From Octopus vulgaris (lineage: Eukaryota), in assembly GCA_951406725.2 (NCBI GenBank), contig OX597833.1:18600001-18664000 (forward strand): 64,000 nucleotides of DNA. The letters run 5' to 3'. Below the pieces are notes generated by a model. It searched no databases. It saw nothing but the letters and a program-made list of their open reading frames with translations, and had not been told where the DNA came from. A program made the translations under genes and the position numbers. Shown here piece by piece: positions 10,920 through 24,672 of the stretch. Each line of letters starts with the position of its first letter. Within the stretch, counting starts at the first letter, position 1.

Positions 10920-12160
10920 AGGCGGCGAGCTGGCTGAATTAACACTCCGGACAAAATGCTTAGCGGTATTTCGTCTGCCGTTACGTTCTGAGTTCAAATT
11001 CCACCGAGGTCGACTTTGCCTTTCATTCTTTCGGGGTCGATAAATTAAGTACCAGTTACCCACTGGGGTCGATGTAATCGACTTTATCCATTTGTCTGTC
11101 CTTGTTTGTTCCCTCTGTGTTTAGCCCCTTACTCTTTTACTCTTTTACTTGTTTCAGTCATTTGACTGCGGCCATGCTGGAGCACCGCCTTTAATCGAGC
11201 AACTCGACCCCGGGACTACCCTTGTGGGTAGTAAAGAAATAGGTATTTTACGTTCTGAGTTCAAATTGCGCCGAAGTCGACTTTGCCTTTCATCCTTTCG
11301 GGGTCGATAAATTAAGTACCAGTTACGCACTGGGGTCGATGTAATCGACTTAATACCTATGTCTGTCCTTGTTTGTTGTCCTCTCTATGTTTAGCCCCTT
11401 GTGGGTAATAAAGAAATAGGTACTGATATACATAATTTCAAGGCGGCGAGCTGGCAGAAACGTTAGCACGCCGGCCGAAATGCTTAGCCGTATTTCGTCT
11501 GCGTTACGCTCTGAGTTCAAATTCCGCCGAGGTCGACTTTGCCTTTCATCCTTTCGGGGTCGATAAATTAAGTACCAGTTACGCACTGGGGTCGATGTAA
11601 TCGACTTAATACCTATGTCTGTCCTTGTTTGTCCTCTCTGTGTTTAGCCCCTTGTGGGTAATAAAGAAATAGGTACTGATATACATAATTTATTGAGCAA
11701 AGAAATTCTAATTAATTCATGGAAATTAATGTAAATTCCTAAGGGCGGCGGGCTGGCTGAATTGTTAACACTCGGGACAAAATGCTTAGTGGTATAATGC
11801 TTTTATGTCCGTTTCGTCTGCCGCTACGTTCTGAGTTCAAATTCCATTGAGGTCGACTTTGCCTTTCATCCTTTCGGGGTCGATAAATTAAGTACCAGTT
11901 ATGCACTGGGATCGATGTAATCGACTTAATCCGTTTGTCTGTCCTTGTTTTTCCTCACTGTGTTTAGCCCCTTATGGGTAGTAAAGAAATAGGTATTTCG
12001 TCCGTTTTTACGTTCTAAGTTCAAATTCCGCCGAGGTCGACTTTACTGTTAATCCTTTCGGAGTCGATAAAATAAGTAGCAGTTTAGCACTGCGGTCTTT
12101 GTAATCGACTTAGCGTCTCTCCCGAAACTGCTGGCCTTGTGCGAAAAATTGAAACTAATT
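10920..12160 (+). mobile_element. Stack of about five SINE A copies plus a nested SINE B 3' fragment (11130-11218, minus)
   Basis: Repeated family A blocks with AAAGAAATAG|GT junctions. The copy at 11442-11672 has the 19-bp TSD GTACTGATATACATAATTT. Confidence 0.88.
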
Positions 12161-12950
12161 AACATAAATTCCATGGTTATATTCCTTGTTTTTTTTTTAT
12201 TTTGTCGGGGGTGTTTTAGAGTTTTAGCAGAAATAATAAGTAAACTACTGAATTTGATCTCCTTGCGCCAAAATATTATAATAACCATGTTTGTTGGCGT
12301 ATGGGATGCACTTTCGCATAAGACGCAACCTTACTTCACAAATATATTTAGTAAATGAAAGCAAATTTACTTTTTCATCATAGACTTATAAAAGAATACC
12401 TTGAAGTGCTATATATAGGCGTAAATGTATGATTCTGTACATGTAAGCTCAATGTTGTGAGAACCAAAAGTCTTTGTATACGTTGTAACAATATTCGAGG
12501 GTGTATATATTGAAACTGTATTTCAACATTATCTTGTTTCTCTACGTTCTGAGTTCGAATCCCGCCAAAGTTAGCTTTGCCTTGTCATCCCGACATCGGG
12601 GTTAATAAAATAAAGTATGACACATATACTGGGACCAATGTAATCGACAATCTCCAACCCTCAAAATTTGCTAGCCTTGAGCCCTACAATACACCGGCAC
12701 CTCGTTCGGGTGGAACGTTCTGATCTCGGTTACATATACGCCATGGAAACCAAGTAAGTGTCTTTAGGAGTCCGAGGGCTCCAGAAAACAAAGCCTGCGC
12801 ATAGTGTTAAAATATTTTGAGTATCAAGAACTTTTGCTTATGCTCGAATATTACAAACGCTATTCGCACTGAAGATTTGAGTGTGTGCGTGCGTGTGTGT
12901 TAACTATTAGCTAGCACTCCATCAGTTACGACAACGAGGGTTTAAGTTGA

Positions 12951-13022
<72 letters not shown>

Positions 13023-13293
13023 GTATATATATATATATTTATATATATATTGTTTTTACTTTTTCGTTTTCGTTTTTCGTTTCTCGTTTAGTTCTACGTC
13101 TAATGGTGGTGTTCTCTACTCACGTATATATATTTATATATGCATGTATATATACATGTAGATGTAGGTACGTACATATATGTATGTATGTATGCATATA
13201 TTTTATTTATTACACTATTGTATGACTGAGCGCCATCGCATCGATTCGATTCGATTCGTTTCGTTTCATTTCGTTTCTCCTTCTTCTCTAAGC

Positions 13294-13324
<31 letters not shown>

Positions 13325-13534
13325 CGTTTAAATATTTGTTGTGCAAGATTTTTTAGTAAGTGAGAAGAAAACAAAGGACCACTGATGCGGTCACAGGAGT
13401 GTGACGAAAGAACTTTGGCCGAAATAAGATTAAGATTAATGTAAAAAATAAATATCACTGAAGAAAAATAACACCAAATATATAGTGCGTGTGTTTTTAT
13501 TGGCTAAACTGGCAATATGACCATTCCGAAATAT

Positions 13535-13605
<71 letters not shown>

Positions 13606-13860
13606 TATATATATGAGCAAAGGAAAAGTTTTCTATGCCATTATGCTGAAAAATAGACCTTAGACAGTCTAACCACATACAATATTTTTGACTATAAATA
13701 CACAGCGTGGTTAGATGATCTAACGTCTTTTTTTTCAGCATATTGGCATAGAATATTTTTTTCTTTTGCCCTTATTTATAATTGTTTATATTTTCATCAG
13801 GTATGCTGGCCACTGATAAATTTTTTTTATTTTATCCTTATATTAGAAGTATATATAAAT

Positions 13861-13934
<74 letters not shown>

Positions 13935-14149
13935 CAACAACAACAACAACAACAGCAACAGTAATAATAATAATAATAATAATGATAATAATAGGGAATA
14001 TAATTCCAAAACTTACAGGGAAAAATTCAATTTAACAATTTTAAATCAAATTTCACAATATATAATTTAGAGAAAAACACTATTAAACAATTCAATAAAG
14101 AACGATGTTATTCACACTATATAGAAAACATATACTATAGTATATATTA

Positions 14150-14227
<78 letters not shown>

Positions 14228-14290
14228 CAGATGAACTTGAACCATCGTCGTCGTAACTGATGGAGTACCAATTAATAGTTAACACACACG

Positions 14291-14880
<590 letters not shown>

Positions 14881-15244
14881 ATATATATATAAATATATAT
14901 ATCTTTTATTTTTCATCTTTTCTTTGACTTGTTTCTGTCATTCGACTGCGGCCATGCTGGAGCACCGTCTTAAAGGGGTTTTTAGTCAAATCTAGGAGCA
15001 CAGCCTTGAAGAAGTTTAGTCAAGGATGTAAACACACTAACACCGGTTGTCAAACAGTGGTGAGGAACAAAGATAGACACAAAGACACACACACATATAT
15101 ATACATATATGAAGGGCTTCTTTTCAGTTTCCTTTCATCAAATCCACCCACAAGGCTTTAATTGCCCCGAAGCTACAATAAAAGACACTTGCCTAAAGTT
15201 TCATGCAGTGATACTGAACCTGGAACAATCGGACAATATGGGTA

Positions 15245-15545
15245 CGAAGGCCCTAAATCACCAGGGTGACCCATGTAAAACTCAAAAGATATTTAAAGAA
15301 AAATGCTACGATCAGCGAGAAAATGAATCCCAGCCACCTTTTTGTGTGCGCAATTTGTGACAGACCCATGCCTTTCTTTTGCTGGGCTCAGATCATATTT
15401 GCGGGCCCACCTCCACCAGCTACTCTGCCTATCTATTTGTGCATACTGTCAATGCAATGTATGCCATAAGGTCTGCAATTCTAACGGAGGCCTCGAAAGA
15501 TATGGTAAGATCCACAAGGATCAGAACTTAACTGCAGCTCTTGGT
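15245..15545 (+). mobile_element. RTE-type LINE ORF C-terminal relic with two C2H2-like zinc fingers
   Basis: RVTHVKLKRYLKK...FVCAICDR/PCLSFAGLRSYLRAH...CNVCHKVCNSNGGLERYGKIH across a frameshift. Confidence 0.65.
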
Positions 15546-15985
15546 GGATCAGAACTTAACTGCAGCTCAAGGATCAGAGCTTAACTGCAGCTCAAGGATC
15601 AGAACTTAACTGCAGCTCAAACTTAACTGCACCACAAGGATCAGAACTTAACTGCAGCTCAAGGATCAGAACTTAACTGCAGCTCAAGATTCAGAACTTA
15701 ACTGCAGCTCAAGGATCAGAACTTAACTGCAGCTCAAGGATCAGAGCTTAACTGCAGCTCAATGGTCAGAGCTTAACTGCAGCTCAAGGATCAGAGCTTA
15801 ACTGCAGCTCAAGGATTAGAACTTAACTGCAGCTCAAGGATGAGAGCTTAACTGCAGCTCAAGGATCAGAGCTTAACTGCAACTCAAGGGTCAGAGCTTA
15901 ACTGCAGCTCAAGGATCAGAACTTAAATGCAGCTCAAGGATTAGAACTTAACTGCAGCTCAAGGATCAGAACTTAACTGCAGCTC
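15516..15985. repeat. 25-bp minisatellite AAGGATCAGA(A/G)CTTAACTGCAGCTC, about 19 copies
   Basis: Direct tandem repetition, no spacers. Confidence 0.97.
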
Positions 15986-16739
15986 AAAGTAGATATGCAA
16001 TTTATGTGGGTGTCTTTTCAAAACATTGTCTAGTTTAAAAAGCCATATCAGACACCATGATGGATCTAAGGTGTAATTAAAAGAGGTGGTAGACTCTACA
16101 TAAGGAGTACGCAATTACCATATAAGCATACATAAAGTATGTTACTGAGATAAGTGCAGAGAGGTGGGGAAGAGAGAGAGAGAGTACAATGCGCAGAGCA
16201 AGATTTCGAGCAGACAAGTTCGCACGGCAAGTATTGGTGGGACGTAAGCCACACGCCAGCACTAGATACACCCGGTCTGTTGTCGTGAATCAGCCTTACA
16301 GTTGCATTATTATATATGTACTTGAATCGCTTGCTGACACTTTAACTAAAGGAAACACTTGTGGGGAGATTACGAACCTAGATAGCATTGCTGACAACTT
16401 AATTTCTATTTATTTCTGAATGAGCAAAGCAATCCTATAAAGGTTTGCTTTTAAAAACTTCATTTTCACCTCCGGGCAGTTAAGTATGTCTTCTTTTTAA
16501 TTTTACAAGATACAAACAAGATCGTATTTATAAGACTACAACGATATCATAAGCGTCTGCAACGTTACTTGAAACATGAGTTGATTAAAAAGTAACAATA
16601 ACAAAGATAATAATGATAATAATAATATCTACAACAATGGAAGCGATAAAAATGACGACGCGACCAGTGGATGTTAAATGTAATCTATCTTATTAAATCT
16701 TTTGATACATGAATACATATACACGTATACACATAGACA

Positions 16740-16746
16740 CATACAA

Positions 16747-16823
<77 letters not shown>

Positions 16824-17087
16824 TATATGTATATATATATATTTACATATATATATATATATTTACATATATATATATATATATACATATATACATATAT
16901 ATATACATATATACATATATACATATATACATATATATACATATATATACATATATACATATATACATATATACATATATATACATATATACATACATTC
17001 GTATATTTATACATATATACATATATACAATATATATATATATATATATGTGTATGTATATGTATATATATATATATACATATATAC

Positions 17088-17120
<33 letters not shown>

Positions 17121-17150
17121 CACACACACATATATATATATACATACATG
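16740..17150. repeat. Compound (TA)n/(TATACA)n microsatellite
   Basis: Direct inspection; ends about 35 bp from the WIF exon donor. Confidence 0.95.
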
Positions 17151-17185
17151 CAGCAATAATTATGTAAGAAAATTATTTCTACTAC

Positions 17186-17288
17186 CTGACTGCCTCGAAG
17201 GTATTTCACCGGAGGTCGTGATACTTAATAATGGGTTGTAAAGTAAGCTCAGGTTTAATGACGTCAGGTCGTCGAACCTATAGGAATA
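17186..17288 (-). CDS. WIF1: WIF1/shifted exon encoding the middle of the WIF domain: [34 protein letters not shown](D)
   Basis: Acceptor CTTCTCTTCTCATTTCAG, donor CAG|GTAGTA, 103 nt, phase 0-1, splices in frame to 10564. Matches the Y.Y.FD.L.S.....L..P.LSI...G.IP pattern of Shifted/WIF1. Confidence 0.92.
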
Positions 17289-17616
17289 CTGAAATGAGAA
17301 GAGAAGAAAGAAATGTTATTTTCCAAATATAATTAATCTTATATCATACACAGACATACGGTAAGTAATATGGAAAACATTACAAAGGCTGTGAGCTAGC
17401 AGGACTGTTAGCAGGCCGGACAAAATGCTTAGCGGCATTTCGTCCGTTTTTATATTCTGAATTCAAATTCCGCCGAGGTTGATTTTGCCGTTCATCCTTT
17501 CGGGGTCGACAAAATAAGTACCAGTTCAGTACTGGGATAGATGTAACCGACTTAGTCCCTTCGCTAAAGTTGCTGGGTTGGGGCCAAAATGTGAAACCAA
17601 TATGGAAAACATTGTA

Positions 17617-18366
17617 CAGGGTGATCCGAAAGCCTTGTCATCACCTGTAAATGTTGTTTTAATTTTCTATTATCAAGGAGAGAGTTTCAGTGGTGCCGCG
17701 CGTCAACGAAGAGCCTTCGACTACAAGACGACCAAAGTTGGGTTTTTTTCCAAGGTCTGGGGTCTCCCGCCCCTAAGCCCTAGACCATCACCTAATCACC
17801 CTTACCCGTCTTGTTGCTTAACAACAACAAGAGCTGAAGGACGCCGTTTCGGCAGCCTTTGCAGCAGCAATCAACAAAGACCAGCTTCGTAAGATATCAC
17901 ACAGGACATGCTCCTGCTTCATTCATTTTGTGCCAGGAAAATGATGGTGTTCATACAGACCTTCACGTTCCTTTTGTAGAGGCGCAATGGCCCAGTGGTT
18001 AGGGCAGCGGACTGGCGGTCGGAGGATCGCGGTTTCGATTCCCAGACCGGGCGTTGTGTGTGTTTTTTGAGCGAAAACGCCTAAAAGCTCCACGAGGCTC
18101 CGGCAGGGAGTGGTGGCAACCCCTGTTGTACTCTTTCGCCCCAACTTTCTCTCACTCTCTCTTCCTGTTTCTTGAGTAACGCTGCGATGGACTGGTGTCC
18201 CGTCCAGCTGGGGGGAACACATACGCCACAGAAACCAGGAAACCGGGTCCATGAACCTGGCTACGCTTGAAAAGGGCGCATAAATAAAGAACCGTTCCTT
18301 TTACTTTTCGGCAATTGATCTTATTACTGTTCGGTAGGGGCTGACAAGACTTTTAGGACCACCCTA
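17617..18366 (+). mobile_element. Decayed, internally deleted Tc1/mariner element
   Basis: Imperfect TIRs CAGGGTGATCCGAAAGCCTTGTCA / TGACAAGACTTTTAGGACCACCCTA, TA on both sides, relic PPLSP(D) and ELKDAVSAAFAA..ENDGVHTD transposase C-terminus. Confidence 0.75.
17977..18288 (+). mobile_element. SINE family C with tail type 2, nested in the mariner
   Basis: A and B boxes; TSD CGTTCCTTTT at 17966-17975 and 18293-18302. Confidence 0.9.
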
Positions 18367-18645
18367 TACAATTTTGATATTCTAATTTTGGAAGAAGTTA
18401 AGTAATTCTGAGGGAACACATAAGTCGATTACATCGATTGACCCGAGTATTTGACTGGTACTTTAGTTTATCAATCTCGAAAAAATGAAAAGCAAAGTTG
18501 ACTTCAGGGGGTATTTTTTAACACAGAATGTAAGGAGCCGGAAGAAAAGCTGCTAAGCGTTTTATCCGGTGCGATAACGATTCTGCCAACTAGCCGCCTT
18601 ATTGCACAATCTTATATGCACACAATCATGCAATCATTCATACAA

Positions 18646-18705
<60 letters not shown>

Positions 18706-19203
18706 TCTAAGACAGAACATGTTTCATTGTATAATTTAAGACGTACACATACACACATGCAGAAACATGAAAGAACCACATACACACTTGCGCTTTGGCA
18801 CATTGAGAAACACACAGACACACACACAAACACACACACACGCACACATACAAATTTACATTCACACACATTTAGACAAATATACCAAAATTGCACCGCA
18901 GACATCCACATATACGCATTTATATAAACATACCATAAATGCACCACAAAAACACACACAGATATATACACATTTACATTTCGAATGCAATAAGTTTTTC
19001 AAGTTTCCAAGTTTACGCGAGTCGTTTGACCTCAGGTTCAATCCCTCCATCAAGTTTTCCATGTCCCCCCCCCCATGTCAGTTCCAACGTCAAAACACTT
19101 AACACGAGACTTCTAACTACCATTCGACAGCACCTGAGCCATGCACGCACACATACACAAACACTCAAACGTACACACACACACACACACATTTACTCAC
19201 ACG

Positions 19204-19243
<40 letters not shown>

Positions 19244-19393
19244 CATGCACGGAAGCACACAGCCTCAAAGGCAAGGAAACGATATGATGTTTTCACATCA
19301 TTACAATCTTCATATCCAAGGCTTTCAAATAGAAATAAATAGCAAATTTCCCTATATTACAGATTTCGTGTATGTATGCGTGTATGTGTGCGC

Positions 19394-19479
<86 letters not shown>

Positions 19480-19733
19480 ATCGTCTACCTTTTATCTTTT
19501 ACTAGTTCAAGTCAATGGATGGTGGCCATGCTGGTGCACAAACTTGAAAATTTTAAGTTGAACAGATCGACCTCTGTACTTGTTTTTGTTTATTCTAAGT
19601 CTAGTGCTTATTCTATCAGTCTCTTTTGCCGAAATGCTACGTTACGTGGGCGAAAACAAGCCATTCCTCATTGTCATGCGAGAGGGGCACAAGCACAAAC
19701 ACATATACATACACACATACATTCTGTACACAT

Positions 19734-19801
<68 letters not shown>

Positions 19802-20089
19802 TAACATTTCCGGTTTATTTTTTTCTGTACTTGTTTCGTATACATTCGCTGCTTTCTTCCAAGCAATGTAATGCTCTTAGCTTATTTTTGCCTGGGGCTG
19901 GCCAGATTGGGGCAATCTCGAGCATAACCAGCTGAAATTGCAAAGATAATCTGGGACTCGACTGAAAATAAAAAACTCCGAATGATCAGTTCTTTTTTTC
20001 CTTGTATCGTCTGTCTGGATATTTTGTTTTCCCTTTTTTTTTTGTTTCACCTAACTGTCTGGATGTTTTGCGTTCTTGTCCCATAAATG

Positions 20090-20398
20090 GTAGCTTTTAA
20101 CGGATGGAGAGCTGAACCATCCTGGGGTACAGAGGATTCGCAATCTAGACTAGGGTCTGAAAGTTTACCACACCATAGTGGGTTACACGATAGTTCCTCT
20201 GCTTTGTGACAGAAGTAGGAAGAAAGAGTGAGAGAAAGTTGTGGTGAAAGAGTACAGCGGGGTTCACCGCCGCCGGAGCCTCGTGGAGCTTAGGTATTTT
20301 TGCGCAATGAACACTCACAATGCCCGGTCTAGGAATCGAAACCGCGTTCTTACGACCGCGAGTCTGCTGTCCTAACCACTGGGCCATTGCGACTCCAC
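20090..20398 (-). mobile_element. SINE family C head/body with a different 3' segment (tail type 4)
   Basis: Head/body match 39472-39660, then diverge after CTCTTTCTTCCT into CTTCTGTCACAAAGCAGAGG...; 3' limit uncertain. Confidence 0.7.
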
Positions 20399-20474
20399 TG
20401 TGTGGTGCCGTTGCTGGTGGTGGTAGTGGTGCTGGTGGTGGTGGTGGTGGTTGTAGAAGTGGTGTTGGTGGTGG

Positions 20475-20505
<31 letters not shown>

Positions 20506-20946
20506 AGTGGTGGTGGCGGTGGTGGTGGTGGTGGTGGTGGTGGTGGCGATAGCAAGAAAAAGGTGACAAAGTGTTATAGCCTCCAGCAGGTATCCGTAAT
20601 GCCTAATATTACATTTCTATGATTACCAATAAATTCAAGACTCCTACGGTATGAAACACTGATTTGCACTGACCTACCCTTAAAGGTGTGGGGGGGGGGT
20701 CGAGGGGTAAGGGGGTTAGTTATATAGTGGTGACTGTGTCGAGAGAGAAAGAGGGAGAGAAAGAGAGAGAGACACAGAAACAGACAAAGAAACAGACAGA
20801 CAGACAAAAAGACAAACTGATAGTGAATGAGAGGGTGGAAGATAGAGGGAGGGACAGAGAGAGAGAGAAACAGAGAGAGAAACAGCGACAGAGAGAGAGG
20901 GGGAGAGAAAAGGGAGCAGAAAGAGAAAGGAGGAAAGATACAGAGG

Positions 20947-20980
<34 letters not shown>

Positions 20981-21118
20981 GAGACAGACAGACTGACAGA
21001 GAGAGAAAGAAAGAAAGAAAGAAAGAGAGGAAAGAATGAAGAAATGAAGAGAGAGGGACAAAGAGAGAGAAAGGAGAACAGAGAGAGAAAACCAGAGAGA
21101 GGACTGAACGATTATTTC

Positions 21119-21160
<42 letters not shown>

Positions 21161-21336
21161 TGTGTGTGTATGTGTGTGTGCTTACATATGAACATGAATG
21201 TGAGTGTATGAAAATGAAAACGAGAGAGAGAGATAGAGAGGGGGAGAGAGGGAGAGAAAGAGAGAGGGAGAGAGAGATGGCAAAAAAGCACACACACATA
21301 CACACACAGATATATCTTTATATATGCATGTGTGCA

Positions 21337-21376
<40 letters not shown>

Positions 21377-21542
21377 AAGAAAAGAACGAGGAAACGAATG
21401 GAATCAGGTTATTTTATGAATAAAATTTGTCAAGATTGTAAAACATCGCGAAGGCAACCCTCAGGAACAAAACGATGGCTGTTTAAGATTTAGAAGGAAC
21501 CAGGGTAAACGAAGGCGGGGTAGCCTTATTATGATCATCATG

Positions 21543-21834
21543 AGTAGTAGTAGTAGTAGCAGTAGTAGTGGTGGTGGTGGTGGTGGTGCTGCTGCTGCTG
21601 GTGTTGGTGGTGGTGGTGGTGGTGGTGGTGGTGGTGGTGGTGGTGGTGGTGGTGGTGGTGGTGGTGGTGTTGGTGGTGGTGGTGGTGGTGGTTGTGGTGG
21701 TGGTGGTGGTGGTTGTGGTGGTGGTGGTGCTGGTGGTAGCAGTAGTAGTAGTAGTAGTAGTGGTAGTAGTAGTGGTGGTGGTGGTGGTGGTGGTGGTAGT
21801 AGTAGTGGTGGTGGTGGTGGTGGTGGTGGTAGTA

Positions 21835-21896
<62 letters not shown>

Positions 21897-21913
21897 GGTG
21901 GTGGTGGTGGTGG
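21543..21913. repeat. (GGT)n/(AGT)n compound trinucleotide tract
   Basis: Direct inspection. Confidence 0.95.
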
Positions 21914-22373
21914 CAGTAGGTGGAGGAGGAGGAGGAAGAAGGTATAAGTTTTGTTGTTGGTCTATTAGAAGGGTATATTAATGTGAATAGGTTCACTGAA
22001 ATTGGACAACAGCGGGTATGATGGTATGGGGGTTTGCTGGAGTGGAAGGTGGAGAGAGAGAGAGAGATAGATAGAGAGAAGGGGAGATGGAGTGAGAGTG
22101 ATGGAGGAGTTGGAAGATTGGAAGGAGGAGGAGGGAGGGGGTGGAGAGCCGACAGATAATTATATAATTGAGAGCAAGTGTAAAAAAAAGTGTTAGGTCA
22201 ATGGTTTTTGGATGAAGTGGACAATTTTGGAAGAGAATAAGTGGAGAGGAGAGAAAAGGAGAGTGAGAGAGAAAGAGAAAGAGGAGGGAGAGGGGAGGGA
22301 GGGAGAGGAGAGGGAGAGGAGAGTGGATAGGAGGGGAGGGGTGAGAGGAAGAAGGAAAGGAAGAAAAAGAAAC

Positions 22374-22441
<68 letters not shown>

Positions 22442-24098
22442 GAGGAAGGAAGGAAAGAAGGAAGAAAAGAAGGTAAGAAGGAAAGAACAGAGAATGGTTT
22501 CTATCGGCTTGGCTGGAAATCTCTTGTAGCCTTGAAGGATGTCATCGCGGAAACCTGAAAATAGTCTGCAACAAAATGCGTAGCTTAAGGATTTGGCAGT
22601 TGCACTTACGATCACCAACCAGGTCGTAGTTTCGATTCCAGGCCGCGGGCGATGCGTTGAGTTCTTTAGTAAAGCACCCGTTGCTTTCTTAAGCAAAGCA
22701 TTTCATTTCACGTTAGTCCTGTCAACTTTGCGGCGGACTGGCGTCCCGTCCAGGAGTTAATGTTGTGATAAAAGGCGTTTATTAGAGTTCTTACAGGTAA
22801 TGATTCTGTGAAAGTTGTGTAAAAAAATTGTGTTAGAATGTAAGAAAGATGGCAGCAGTACACTGCACTAGTTGCCTATCAGGGATGCAAGGTATGTGAT
22901 GATACAAACTGATGCAGACGAGTTGAAAATGCCAGAGGAAGTCATCTTTACGCCAGTAACCTCAGCATGAGAGAAATGCAAGAGGCAACGGGGAATTATT
23001 TGAATTGAAGTTTCGAATATATTCTTTCCAATTTTAGTACAAGGACAGCCATTTTGAAGGGAGGGCAAAGTCGATTACAATAGATCCTAGAGCTCAGCTA
23101 GTACTCATTTTATCAACCCGAGCGGATCAAAGGCAAAGTTTACCTCGTGGCATTTGAACTCAGAACATAATGATTTTTAACTACATCACAGGATTCTGAA
23201 TTTTAAAGAATTACACTATTTTTAAGACAGGTCTTAAAATACATACATAATAACAACGAAATGCAAACTTGAACTCAGAACGTAAAGAACCGGAAGAAAT
23301 GCCGCTAAGCATTTTGACTGAAGAGCTGACGATTCAGCGATCTTGTCAGCTTACTGAATGAAGCCACAAATAATTCTACAATGACAGGGTCTGAAATTTG
23401 GCAGGGGTGTGGCTAGTCGATTGCCTAGACCCTCAGTGCTCAACTGGTATTTATTTTGGTTTCAAATATTGGCACAAGAGAGAAGGCTGACTGCCTCGAC
23501 CTCAATACTCAACTGGTGCTTATTTTATTGACCCAAAGGACGAAAGGCCAAGTTGACCTTGATGATATTTGAACCCAGAACATAAAAAGCCTGAAGAAAC
23601 GACGAGAAGAATTTTGTACGACGCGCTACATATATTTCCAGTGTACACAAATAATGAAGGGTTCAGAGAACCAACAAATTGTTTCCTTTTAGCAGTAAAA
23701 TCTCTATCAAACATAACCCAGTTTAGTCAACAAAATACGGCTTTAAACAACAATAACAAAAATAAAGAGCTCTGAGAGCAGCATGGCTCTCCGTCGGCAA
23801 TCCAAAACACCTTTCCTTGCATCAGCTCTTATGCCCAGTTCTTCATCCCCAGCCCATCAACCTTCTGAAATCTCACCCCATCCCAAGCTCTTTTATGCCT
23901 TTCCTCTCTAAGTGTTAACCAGTAACAGTTTTAACGGAATACCAACGTCATCAACGTCAACAACATATGTCTAGGAATGCCTGCAACATATGTCAAGGGA
24001 TGTCTAAGGATGTCTGCAAGGGCCATGGGCTGTGTCCCTTCTCTTAGATTCAGCATATAAACTGTGAGAGGATCGGCACAGAATAGACGCAGGGAAAC

Positions 24099-24330
24099 CT
24101 ATTTCGATAATATCCACAGGGGGCTAAACATAAAAGGGACAAACAAGGACAGACAAACGGATTAAGCCGATTATATCGACCCCAGTGCGTAACTGGTACT
24201 TATTTAATCGACCCCGAAAGGATGAAAGGCAAAGTCGACCTCGGCGGAATTTGAACTCAGAACGTAGCGGCCGGCGAAATACCGCTAAGCGTTTTGCCCG
24301 GCGGCTAACGATTCTGCCAGCTCACCGCCT
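24099..24330 (-). mobile_element. SINE family A
   Basis: 16-bp TSD ATAGAC(G/A)CAGGGAAAC on both sides. Confidence 0.88.
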
Positions 24331-24379
24331 TAGGATAGACACAGGGAAACCTTCAGCAGAATCAGTCCTAGGATACTGA

Positions 24380-24672
24380 CAGTCCGTCGGTTACGAAACG
24401 AGTAACCTGCGCGTGAAATTAACATGCAAGTGGCTGAGTACTCCACAGGCATGCGTACCATTAACGTAGTTCTCAGTGAGATTCAGCGTGACACAGAGTG
24501 TGACAAGGCTGGTCCTTTGAAATACAGGTACAATTCATTTTTGCCAGCTGAGTGAGTGGGCTGGAGCAACGTGGATTAAAGTGTCTTGCATAAGGACACA
24601 ACGTGCCGCCGGGAGTCGAACTCACGGCGTTACGATCGCGAGACGAATACTCTACCCACTCAGCCACGCGCA
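24380..24672 (-). mobile_element. tRNA-derived CORE-type SINE with tail type 1
   Basis: Head GCGCGTGGCTGAGTGG...GAGTTCGACTCCC, core GTGTCCTTATGCAAGACACTT, tail GTACCTGTATTTCAAAGG...GTAACCGACGGA shared with 39472-39853. Confidence 0.8.

Noticed and set aside
15516-15985. CRISPR-like appearance of the 25-bp repeat
   Set aside because: Units are contiguous with no unique spacers, there are no cas genes, and the context is eukaryotic.
22490-22554. TTTTCAG|GFRDDILQGYKRFPAKPIETI, superficially like the start of WIF exon 2
   Set aside because: No NFTW motif, no suitable donor, and it runs into (CTTT)n; probably coincidence.
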